From NCBI GenBank assembly GCA_046304295.1, contig JBKCES010000311.1, positions 969 through 32,968 on the forward strand: 32,000 nucleotides of DNA, given 5' to 3'. Source of the DNA: Cyanobacteriota bacterium (GTDB lineage: Bacteria > Cyanobacteriota > Cyanobacteriia > Cyanobacteriales > Microcystaceae). Both the position numbers and the translations under genes were made by a program. Numbering within the stretch: position 1 is the first letter of the stretch; every line of letters begins with the position of its first letter. The notes under the pieces were generated by a model. That model did not search any database and was not told the DNA's origin. It was given only the letters and a program-made list of their open reading frames with translations. Shown piece by piece: positions 9,673-17,492 of the stretch.

Positions 9673-10125
9673 CTAGAGGGTGGCGGAGCCGGGATAGTAT
9701 TTCAATTCGTCGACAATGTAGGTGACGACGGCAGGTTCCCCGGAAGGTAGGGCGATGACCTCCCAGGTCTGGTAGGCGTCCAGAACAATACGCTTACTCT
9801 TGGCATCCGGCACCGTCCAGACGCTGGCTTCCCACTTGACCACCACTTTGACGAGGGTTTTTTCCCCTTCGACGCCGATCAGTTCCACGGATTTTACTTC
9901 ATGGACTTCGTCAAAAAAGATATTGATCACTCCCGGTAGATCGTCGCCGCCCTGATACCAGGCGATAAATTTATCCATCCCTTCTAGGGTGGCTTCCGGG
10001 AAGACCATTTTCAAGCCTTCCGGGGCGAGGAGGGGGGTGATTTCTGCCACGGGAGCGTGGACATCTAGTTTTTTGTACCAACCTTCGGCAAAGGTCTGGA
10101 GTTGGGCTTGGGTAAAGGCGCTCAT
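9673..10125 (-). CDS. hypothetical protein, possibly NTF2/SnoaL-like fold
   Basis: Clean 150-aa ORF with host-like composition. The fold suggestion rests only on size and an alternating beta-rich C-terminal pattern. Confidence 0.55.
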   Translation of the reverse strand: MSAFTQAQLQTFAEGWYKKLDVHAPVAEITPLLAPEGLKMVFPEATLEGMDKFIAWYQGGDDLPGVINIFFDEVHEVKSVELIGVEGEKTLVKVVVKWEASVWTVPDAKSKRIVLDAYQTWEVIALPSGEPAVVTYIVDELKYYPGSATL

Positions 10126-10267
10126 GGGACTTTCCTCTCGTTTAGAGTAGAGAATTTTCCCTATCCTAGAAGGATTTGCCCGGAACGGCGCTGTTTGGGG
10201 GGCGGGTTCGCCCTAGGGAAGATGGTAAAATAAACCCTCATCGCTCAGTCCCCTAGGGAAACCCTCC

Positions 10268-12829
10268 ATGACCGCCCCTGCCGACCGCATCATCGCCACC
10301 GACCTCCGCAACGAAATGTCCCGCTCCTATCTGGAATACGCCATGAGCGTGATCGTGGGTCGGGCCTTGCCGGACGCTAGGGACGGGCTGAAACCGGTGC
10401 ATCGGCGCATTCTCTACGCTATGTACGAACTCGGACTGACGCCGGATCGTCCCTTTCGGAAATGTGCAAGGGTGGTGGGGGAAGTACTGGGGAAATATCA
10501 TCCCCATGGGGACACGGCGGTCTATGACGCCCTGGTGCGCATGGCTCAGGATTTTTCCATGCGGAACCCCCTGATTAACGGGCACGGCAACTTCGGCTCG
10601 GTAGATAACGACCCCCCGGCGGCCATGCGTTACACCGAATGCCGTCTGCAAACCATCGCCACTAACGGCCTTCTGCGGGATATCGAAGCCGACACGGTGG
10701 ATTTTATCGATAACTTCGACGGCTCCCAGCAGGAACCCACTGTGCTCCCGGCCCGCCTGCCCCAACTGCTCCTCAACGGCTCCTCCGGTATCGCCGTGGG
10801 GATGGCCACCAATATTCCGCCTCACAATTTAGGAGAATTGATTGATGGGACAATTGCTTTAATTCATAACCCAGAACTCACGGATTTGGAGTTGATGCGC
10901 TACATCCCCGGCCCCGACTTTCCCACCGGCGCCCAAATTCTGGGTCGGAGCGGCATCCGGGACGCCTACACCACGGGCCGCGGCTCCATTACTCTGCGAG
11001 GGGTGGCGGACATTGAAACCCTAGAGCAACGAGGGCGGCAGGATAAGGAAGCGATTATTATTACCCAACTGCCTTACCAAACCAATAAGGCGGCGCTGAT
11101 TGAGCGTATCGCTGAGTTGGTGAATGAGAAAAAAATCGAGGGGATTTCCGATATTCGGGACGAGAGCGACCGGGACGGGATGCGGATTGTCATCGAGCTG
11201 AAGCGGGACGCCTATCCCCGGGTGGTGCTGAATAATCTCTATAAACAAACGCCAATCCAAAGTAATTTCGGCGCTAATATGCTGGCCTTGGTCAATGGCG
11301 AACCCCTGACCCTAAACCTCCGGCGCTTTTTGGCGGTCTTTTTGGAGTTTCGGGTGGAGACCATCACCCGGCGGACGCAGTATGAACTGCGGAAGGCCGA
11401 AGAGCGGGATCACTTACTCCAGGGCCTGCTCATCGCGCTGGATAACCTCGACGCGGTGATTCGCCTCATTCGCGGCGCCGCCGACACGGCCACGGCTAAG
11501 GGGGAACTGGTGGAAAGTTTTGGTCTCTCGGAAGTCCAAGCCGACGCCATTCTCCAGATGCAACTGCGGCGCTTGACGGCGCTGGAGGCGGACAAGATCC
11601 AAGCCGAGCACGCCGAGCTTCAGGAGAAAATCCGAGATCTTCAGGATATTTTGGCGAAGCGGGAACGAATCGACCAAATTATCGAAGAGGAACTGACCCA
11701 ACTGAAAACCCTCCACGCCACGCCGCGCCGCACGGTGATTATTCAGGACAAGGGGGGCTTAGTGGATACGGATCTGATCGCTAACGAGCCGGCCATCATC
11801 CTCCTCACCGAGCAGGGTTATATCAAACGAATGCCCGCCAATACCTTCGAGACGCAAAATCGGGCCACCCGGGGTAAAGCCGGCGCCAAGATTAAGGAGG
11901 ACGACGGAGTAGAGCACTTCCTCTCCTGTTGCGACCACGACCGGATTCTCTTTTTCAGCGACCGGGGCGTGGTTTACGGTCTCAACGCCTACCAAATTCC
12001 GGTGGCCAGCCGCGCCGCGCGGGGGATTCCCATCGTTCAGATGCTCCCCATTCCCAAGGATGAAAAAATCACTTCTCTGGTGCGGGTGGTGGAGTTTGCC
12101 GAAGACACCTATTTTGTTATGCTCACCCGCCAGGGCTTTATCAAAAAAACGGCGCTGGCGGCGTTCCGCAGTATCCGGGCCAACGGCTTGATCGCCATTA
12201 CCCTCGAAGAGGGCGACCAACTCCGCTGGGTGCGGTTAGCCAAGGAAGAGGACAGCATTATCATCGGCTCCCGGCAGGGGATGGCCATTCATTTCAAAGC
12301 CGACGCCCAGGAACTCCGGGCCGTGGGACGCTCGGCTCGGGGGGTGAAGTCGATGAAACTCCGCAAAGCCGACGAGTTGATCAGTCTGGATATTCTGCCC
12401 AGTCAAATTGTGGCCCAAATCAGCGCCGCAGAGGATGGCCCGGAAGAGGAGGAAGAGCTGGAAATTTTGCCGGAAGGGGATAATCCCGTGCCCTGGGTTC
12501 TAGCCATCACCGCTAAAGGCTTTGGCAAACGGGTGCCGGTGACCCAATTCCGTCTTCAACACCGGGCCGGGATGGGCGTCAAAGCCATTCGTTTTAAATC
12601 CGACAGCGATAAACTGATCGCCCTGCAGGTAGTCGGCGCCGAGGATGAGTTAATGCTAGTTACCAATCGGGGTATTATTATTCGCCAAGCCGTTAAGGAT
12701 ATTTCCCCCCAGTCCCGCAACGCCACCGGCGTCCGGGTTCAACGCCTAGACGAAGACGACGCCATCGCCGCCGTGGCGCTGGTGCCCCCCTCGGCGGAAG
12801 GAGAAGAGTCCAGCGCCGATGAGGGCTAA
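10268..12829 (+). CDS. gyrA: DNA gyrase subunit A
   Basis: N-terminal motifs [24 protein letters not shown] and GKYHPHGD, an active-site region containing AAMRYTE, C-terminal beta-pinwheel repeats and an acidic tail. Confidence 0.95.
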   Translation: MTAPADRIIATDLRNEMSRSYLEYAMSVIVGRALPDARDGLKPVHRRILYAMYELGLTPDRPFRKCARVVGEVLGKYHPHGDTAVYDALVRMAQDFSMRNPLINGHGNFGSVDNDPPAAMRYTECRLQTIATNGLLRDIEADTVDFIDNFDGSQQEPTVLPARLPQLLLNGSSGIAVGMATNIPPHNLGELIDGTIALIHNPELTDLELMRYIPGPDFPTGAQILGRSGIRDAYTTGRGSITLRGVADIETLEQRGRQDKEAIIITQLPYQTNKAALIERIAELVNEKKIEGISDIRDESDRDGMRIVIELKRDAYPRVVLNNLYKQTPIQSNFGANMLALVNGEPLTLNLRRFLAVFLEFRVETITRRTQYELRKAEERDHLLQGLLIALDNLDAVIRLIRGAADTATAKGELVESFGLSEVQADAILQMQLRRLTALEADKIQAEHAELQEKIRDLQDILAKRERIDQIIEEELTQLKTLHATPRRTVIIQDKGGLVDTDLIANEPAIILLTEQGYIKRMPANTFETQNRATRGKAGAKIKEDDGVEHFLSCCDHDRILFFSDRGVVYGLNAYQIPVASRAARGIPIVQMLPIPKDEKITSLVRVVEFAEDTYFVMLTRQGFIKKTALAAFRSIRANGLIAITLEEGDQLRWVRLAKEEDSIIIGSRQGMAIHFKADAQELRAVGRSARGVKSMKLRKADELISLDILPSQIVAQISAAEDGPEEEEELEILPEGDNPVPWVLAITAKGFGKRVPVTQFRLQHRAGMGVKAIRFKSDSDKLIALQVVGAEDELMLVTNRGIIIRQAVKDISPQSRNATGVRVQRLDEDDAIAAVALVPPSAEGEESSADEG

Positions 12830-12971
12830 GTTTTGGATCGTCCGGCGCTGTCCGCGCCCCAGTTCCTAATTTCGGCGTTAGTGGGATGATGGGTTAGCGA
12901 TGGCGTAATGGTTCGTCTCTTTTCGCTATAGTTAAGCAATCCCCTGAGCGATATAGGGCGGAAGGACTACG

Positions 12972-13292
12972 ATGGCGGAGGCGCAAAAACCCAATAAACC
13001 CCTATTTTCCCGGCATTATCTGGAGCATCGGCTCCCGGAGTGTCCCGAGTGGCGGGAGGACGGCGGCGCCGTTTTGGCGGCGCTACAGGATCTTTTCAGC
13101 CGGAAAAAAGTGCTTCTGCCGACCTTGAATGAGGCCCAGACGGAAACGGAGTTTATTCAACCGGTGCTGGAGATTTTGGGCTTTAGCGTTATTCCCCAGG
13201 TGACGACCCGCGGGCGGGGACGGGCAGAGCGCCCGGATTATGCCTTGTTTACTGATTCGGCGACGCAGAGGCTCCATTTCCCGCTAAACTAA
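12972..13292 (+). pseudogene. N-terminal fragment (106 aa) of a large type IIG / type I-like restriction enzyme (HSDR_N-like nuclease domain)
   Basis: The sequence LFSRHYLEHRLPE...NEAQTETEFIQPVLEILGF...RPDYALF matches the N-terminal nuclease module of COG1002-type R-M fusion proteins as I remember them. The ORF stops shortly after the PD motif, where such proteins normally continue for about 1000 aa. Confidence 0.6.
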
Positions 13293-13354
13293 AATTTCAT
13301 GGTCCTCTTAGGAGACCACTCTTGGTCAATTTCAGCGCAAGGGTAATTTAAATC

Positions 13355-14308
13355 GTGAATCAGTATAAGACTATAGATTTATTCGCCGGTATTGGCGGTA
13401 TAAGACTAGGATTTGAGAAATACGGATGCCGAACTGTTTTTGCTTCGGAGTGGGACAAGGCGGCTCAAACCATGTATGAAGCAAATTTTGGGGAGAAACC
13501 CTTTGGGGATATTAACTTAATTGCGCCCAAAGAAATTCCTGACCATGATATTTTACTTGCTGGTTTTCCCTGCCAACCCTTTAGCATTGCGGGCAAAGGC
13601 CTTGGTTTTGCAGATACCCGCGGCACTCTCTTTTTTAATATTGAAACTATTTTAGCCGCAAAACGACCCCACGCCTTTCTATTAGAAAATGTCCGGCGCT
13701 TGACGACTCACAATCATGGACAAACGTTTACCGTGATTCTAGAAAAGTTAACAAATTTGGGTTATACTGTCTATCATCAGATTTTAAACTCCTTGGACTT
13801 TGGTGTTCCTCAAAAGCGAGAACGAATTTATATCGTCGGTTTTCAGGAAAAGCTAGATTTTAACTTTCCTAAACCCCCAGGATACTATAAACCGTTAAAA
13901 GAAGTTTTAGAACCAGATGATAAAGTTCCTAAACAATACTTTCTGTCGCCAAGCCTAAAAGAAAAGCGTCTAAAATCTGTCAAAGGGACTCCTCCTTTCC
14001 CCTCTATATGGCATGAAAACATCGGAGGAAATATTTCTGCACTTCCTTATTCCTGTGCGTTGAGAGCGGGCGGCAGTTATAATTACCTCGTTGTCAATGG
14101 TATCCGTCGTTTGACAGATCGAGAGATGCTTAGACTCCAAGGATTCCCTGAAGATTTTAGAATCCCTATCCCTTATTCTCAACTCCGCAAAGTTGCCGGA
14201 AATTCGGTTACTGTTCCTGTGATTGAAGCTATCGCTCAACAGATGATAACAGTCTTGGTAAATCGTTGTTCTTCTCCTGATTACCCTATCCAACTACGTT
14301 TAGCATAA
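13355..14308 (+). CDS. DNA (cytosine-5) methyltransferase, HhaI/HaeII-like (predicted GCGC-core specificity), copy 1
   Basis: All the Dcm-family motifs I checked are present: I DLFAGIGG, IV GFPCQPFS, VI ENV, VIII QKRER, X GNSVTVPV. The N-terminal half (SEWDKAAQTMYEANFGEKPFGDI...IPDHDILLAGFPCQPFSIAGKGLGFADTRGTLFFNI) closely resembles M.HhaI as I remember it. GTG start. The gene is AT-rich relative to the host. Confidence 0.9.
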   Translation: MNQYKTIDLFAGIGGIRLGFEKYGCRTVFASEWDKAAQTMYEANFGEKPFGDINLIAPKEIPDHDILLAGFPCQPFSIAGKGLGFADTRGTLFFNIETILAAKRPHAFLLENVRRLTTHNHGQTFTVILEKLTNLGYTVYHQILNSLDFGVPQKRERIYIVGFQEKLDFNFPKPPGYYKPLKEVLEPDDKVPKQYFLSPSLKEKRLKSVKGTPPFPSIWHENIGGNISALPYSCALRAGGSYNYLVVNGIRRLTDREMLRLQGFPEDFRIPIPYSQLRKVAGNSVTVPVIEAIAQQMITVLVNRCSSPDYPIQLRLA

Positions 14309-14312
14309 TTAC

Positions 14313-14325
14313 ATAAACTCTATGA
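14313..14325 (+). repeat. 13-nt direct repeat ataaactctatga, left copy (overlaps the endonuclease ATG)
   Basis: An exact copy recurs at 15406-15418. The two copies bracket the endonuclease ORF. Confidence 0.7.
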
Positions 14326-15374
14326 AAGCTAAAAAAGCTCTTGACACTGTTATTAATAAAGCCAGAGTCCATTTTTATAAACCTATTCAAATAGCAGAGA
14401 TTCTACATCGAGATCGTGTCTATGGTGATATAGATCTTTCTGATTTGTCGAGTTATAAAAATTTGTCTAAGAAATGGCGAGATATTATTTGTAATCAATT
14501 CTTAGGCCGTACATCAACATCATCAGCTCGCTATCAAGATGATCTTTTTAATGAGAATGCTGTCCCGCCTAACTTGTTAAATGAGTTAGGAGAAGAAAAC
14601 CGGAATAAAAATGGAATCGTTGAAGCCTATATTTACAGGAAATTTGAGAGTAAATTATCACAAATGACGATGGGTCTGGGTTATTGTTCTGAGCATAGTA
14701 AAGAAAATTTTGATGTGCAAGAGTTTCTAAGCTTGTTTTGGCATGAGCCTGGACTAAAAAGAAGCATAGATAAAATTTATGAAATTATTGTTTTTTCGCT
14801 ATTTTCATCTCTCATTGACAGCTTAGATATTTTTGTTGAAATCTCTATTGATAACAACAAAGCTCCTATTATAGAGGAATTTAAAGAATTTGCTCATAAG
14901 GTAATCTATCTATCACCGATGGAAGATAGCCTAAAATTTAAAGCAAAAGTTCATAGAGTTGGCGTAACTAATGCTGCGGATAGAGGAATTGATATGTGGA
15001 CAAGTTTTGGTCTTACTATTCAAGTTAAACATGTATCTTTAACTGAAGATAAAGCTCAAGATATTGTTTCATCAGTTTCTTCTGATAGAATTGTTATTGT
15101 TTGTAAAGATACAGAAGAAAAGATTATCTTGTCTATATTAAATCAAGTAGGTTGGAAATCAAAAATACAAAGTATCATCACTGAAACAGAGCTAATCGGT
15201 TGGTATGAAAAAGCACTCAGAGGTAAATATGCAAATATTATTGGTGATCAGCTACTTCAAACTATCAACGATGAAATCAAACTTGAATTCCCTATAACTG
15301 ACGATTCTGAATTCACCTCCTTTCTGGAAGAGAGGGGATACACAAATCTATCTGATTCTTTATGGGAAGCTTAA
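14322..15374 (+). CDS. type II restriction endonuclease, HaeII-family-like (predicted RGCGCY)
   Basis: 350-aa ORF starting 13 nt after the methyltransferase stop. The N-terminus (ALDTVINKARVHFYKPIQIAEILHRDR) and the size match my recollection of the HaeII family (Pfam RE_HaeII). A candidate PD-(D/E)xK-like core is DRGIDMW...TIQVKH. GC is about 30% in the lines I sampled, and I found no GCGC tetramer in the gene. Confidence 0.6.
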   Translation: MKAKKALDTVINKARVHFYKPIQIAEILHRDRVYGDIDLSDLSSYKNLSKKWRDIICNQFLGRTSTSSARYQDDLFNENAVPPNLLNELGEENRNKNGIVEAYIYRKFESKLSQMTMGLGYCSEHSKENFDVQEFLSLFWHEPGLKRSIDKIYEIIVFSLFSSLIDSLDIFVEISIDNNKAPIIEEFKEFAHKVIYLSPMEDSLKFKAKVHRVGVTNAADRGIDMWTSFGLTIQVKHVSLTEDKAQDIVSSVSSDRIVIVCKDTEEKIILSILNQVGWKSKIQSIITETELIGWYEKALRGKYANIIGDQLLQTINDEIKLEFPITDDSEFTSFLEERGYTNLSDSLWEA

Positions 15375-15380
15375 TTCTGT

Positions 15381-15485
15381 GATCAACTCATCGATCAAAT
15401 TGTTTATAAACTCTATGATTTAACCCCAGAAGAAATCGCCATCGTCGAAGGCCGGGAATCGGCGCTGGTGCTAGGTAAACTTTAG
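15381..15485 (+). pseudogene. C-terminal remnant A of the type IIG-like gene
   Basis: Translates as DQLIDQIVYKLYDLTPEEIAIVEGRESALVLGKL*. The IDxxVYxLYxLTxEEIxIVE tail is characteristic of COG1002-type R-M fusion proteins. Coordinates 15413-15471 recur at 17434-17492. Confidence 0.55.
15406..15418 (+). repeat. 13-nt direct repeat ataaactctatga, right copy
   Basis: Exact match to 14313-14325. It lies inside remnant A, 32 nt after the endonuclease stop. Confidence 0.7.
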
Positions 15486-15898
15486 GGTTCAAACCAATTT
15501 TCCAAAGTAAGATTATCAAACTCCGAAAAATCTTGGATATTACGAGTTACTAAAATTAGGTCATTGACAGCGGCCGTACTTGCAATTTGTCCGTCTATAA
15601 AAGCTGGTGTTTTCCCTTTTTGAGATAAGCGGACTCTTTCCCTAGCGTGCCATCTCGCCGCCTCTAAATTATAATCAAAAACCGGTAAGCTCAAAATAGA
15701 ATCTTCTACGTAACGCGATAAAACCTCTCGCTTTCTTGACTGCGGCAATCTCCAGCAACCATAGAGAATTTCTGAAAGGACAACACTACTAGTGCCGATC
15801 TCAAAACGGTACTGATTTAAATAACTCAAAACCTTCTGATTCGGATTAGGACGACACGGCTCGGATAAAATATTTGTATCCAGCAAGAATCTAATCAT
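15482..15898 (-). CDS. vapC: PIN-domain toxin (VapC family)
   Basis: 138-aa ORF starting MIRFLLDTNILSE with a conserved acidic Asp, plus later acidic residues typical of PIN domains. It overlaps the upstream small ORF by 4 nt (ATGA). Confidence 0.85.
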   Translation of the reverse strand: MIRFLLDTNILSEPCRPNPNQKVLSYLNQYRFEIGTSSVVLSEILYGCWRLPQSRKREVLSRYVEDSILSLPVFDYNLEAARWHARERVRLSQKGKTPAFIDGQIASTAAVNDLILVTRNIQDFSEFDNLTLENWFEP

Positions 15899-16140
15899 TG
15901 AATTTCCACATCTCTCCCTGAGCTTCGATCTCGTAAATCTGCAAAATCTTCATCAGTAAAAATCAGTACTTCCTCTTCAATCACCTGTCGAAGTTGTAAG
16001 ACCCCTTGCCAAAAAGCGTCCCCCGTTTTTTCAGCGGGACTTGAATCAGCCCAACGTTTCTGAAGCCGAGAAAACAAGAGCAATTGGTCTGTAGAGGACA
16101 AATCATCTAACTCCTGAATAATTTCCTGTAAAGTCATCAC
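15895..16140 (-). CDS. putative antitoxin partner of VapC
   Basis: 81-aa acidic ORF, translationally coupled to the PIN gene in the standard upstream antitoxin position. I did not recognise the family. Confidence 0.6.
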   Translation of the reverse strand: MMTLQEIIQELDDLSSTDQLLLFSRLQKRWADSSPAEKTGDAFWQGVLQLRQVIEEEVLIFTDEDFADLRDRSSGRDVEIQ

Positions 16141-16234
16141 TCCGTCTCCAAAGGAAAACCGACCTTCTCTAATTATACTATAATCTCCTCGTCAAGCGCC
16201 GCGCTCTCCCACAGATTAAAGAAGGAGAAATTTA

Positions 16235-16459
16235 ATGGCAGAAGTAAACGTTTATTATGACTCGATGGGAAATACTCTAACCATCTGGTTTGGGGAACGA
16301 TCCTCAGAATATCTCTGCGAAGAAACAGGAGACGAAGTGATTTTGATGAAAAATCAACAAGGGGAGGTCATCGGCTTTGAAAAAATCAACTATACGATTA
16401 CCGAGAATACCAACCTAAAAATCTCCCTCGAAACCATGCCCTTCGGCGCCTTAACCTGA
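16235..16459 (+). CDS. DUF2283-family small protein
   Basis: 74 aa. YYDSMGNTLTIWFGE...VILMKNQQGEVIGFEKINY matches the DUF2283 pattern. AAGGAG Shine-Dalgarno at about 16221-16226, and a TATAAT box at 16179-16184. Confidence 0.7.
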   Translation: MAEVNVYYDSMGNTLTIWFGERSSEYLCEETGDEVILMKNQQGEVIGFEKINYTITENTNLKISLETMPFGALT

Positions 16460-16495
16460 AAATAGGATGATCCATCACACAGTTAAGCCATCGCC

Positions 16496-17413
16496 ATGAG
16501 TCACTATAAAACCATAGATTTATTCGCCGGTATTGGCGGCATACGGCTCGGCTTCGAGAAATACAGGTGTCAAACCGTCTTTGCCTCCGAGTGGGATCAA
16601 GCCGCTCAAACCATCTATGAAGCCAATTTTGGGGAGAGACCCTTTGGCGATATTAACCTCATAGCGCCGTCAGAAATTCCCGACCATGACATTTTACTAG
16701 CCGGTTTTCCCTGTCAACCCTTTAGTCTCGCCGGGAAAGGTCTTGGTTTTGCCGATACTCGGGGAACTTTATTTTTTAACATTGAAAAAATTTTAGACAC
16801 CAAACGCCCCCAAGCTTTTTTACTTGAAAATGTCCGGCGCTTGAAAACCCATAATCAAGGACAAACCTTTAGCGTTATTCTCGACCGATTAACAAATTTG
16901 GGCTATACCGTCTATTATCAAATTTTAAACTCCCTCGACTTTGGCGTTCCCCAAAAGCGAGAACGAATTTATATTGTCGGTTTTCAAGAAAAGCTAGATT
17001 TTAACTTTCCTCAACCCCTAGGATACTACAAACCCCTAACAGAAGTTTTAGAACCAGACGCTCAAGTCCCTCAGTGGTATTTCCTCTCGCCGCATCTTCA
17101 AGAAAAGCGCCGAAAATATCTGAAAGAAACGCCGCCTTTTCCCTCCATTTGGCATGAAAATATTAGCGGCAATGTTTCCGCCTTACCCTACTCCTGCGCC
17201 CTCAGAGCGGGCGGTAGTTATAATTATCTAATTGTTAACGGTGTCCGGCGCTTAACGGAGCGAGAAATGCTCAGACTACAAGGATTCCCGGAAGATTTTC
17301 GTATTCCCGTTCCCTACTCCCAAGTTCGTAAAGTCGCCGGTAATTCCGTCACCGTTCCCGTGATTGAAGCCATCGCTCAAGCCATGATGACGGCGCTGGG
17401 AAGCTTAATCTGA
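16496..17413 (+). CDS. DNA (cytosine-5) methyltransferase, copy 2 (orphan paralogue with no adjacent endonuclease)
   Basis: 305 aa, colinear with copy 1 and without indels over about 298 aa. I estimate about 85-87% amino-acid identity by eye. All the catalytic motifs I checked are intact. The gene is GC-richer than copy 1 and carries five RGCGCY sites against one in copy 1. Confidence 0.9.
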   Translation: MSHYKTIDLFAGIGGIRLGFEKYRCQTVFASEWDQAAQTIYEANFGERPFGDINLIAPSEIPDHDILLAGFPCQPFSLAGKGLGFADTRGTLFFNIEKILDTKRPQAFLLENVRRLKTHNQGQTFSVILDRLTNLGYTVYYQILNSLDFGVPQKRERIYIVGFQEKLDFNFPQPLGYYKPLTEVLEPDAQVPQWYFLSPHLQEKRRKYLKETPPFPSIWHENISGNVSALPYSCALRAGGSYNYLIVNGVRRLTEREMLRLQGFPEDFRIPVPYSQVRKVAGNSVTVPVIEAIAQAMMTALGSLI

Positions 17414-17433
17414 AATATTTTAAACGAGATACC

Positions 17434-17492
17434 CTATGATTTAACCCCAGAAGCAATTGCCATCATCGAAGGCCGGAAATCGGCGCTGGCGC
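17434..17492 (+). pseudogene. C-terminal remnant B of the type IIG-like gene (duplicate of 15413-15471)
   Basis: 54/59 nt identical to remnant A. Translates as YDLTPEAIAIIEGRKSALA. It follows the copy-2 methyltransferase stop after a 20-nt spacer. Confidence 0.55.

Noticed and set aside
10253-10825. 190-aa minus-strand ORF, plus other minus-strand ORFs from 10630 to 12418, opposite gyrA
   Set aside because: They lie antisense to a strongly supported gyrA reading frame. They have no recognisable motifs and their composition is typical of shadow frames.
13970-14293. 107-aa minus-strand ORF inside methyltransferase copy 1
   Set aside because: It is antisense to a gene with a full set of the m5C methyltransferase motifs I checked, and it has no features of its own.
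14279-14308. Similarity between the copy-1 methyltransferase tail (YPIQLRLA) and the peptide after remnant B (YPVIQLRFG, 17512-17538)
   Set aside because: The match is short and needs indels at the nucleotide level. The 18-mer in the second region also recurs at 31360 in an unrelated context. I treated it as probably coincidental, though an alignment could revisit this.
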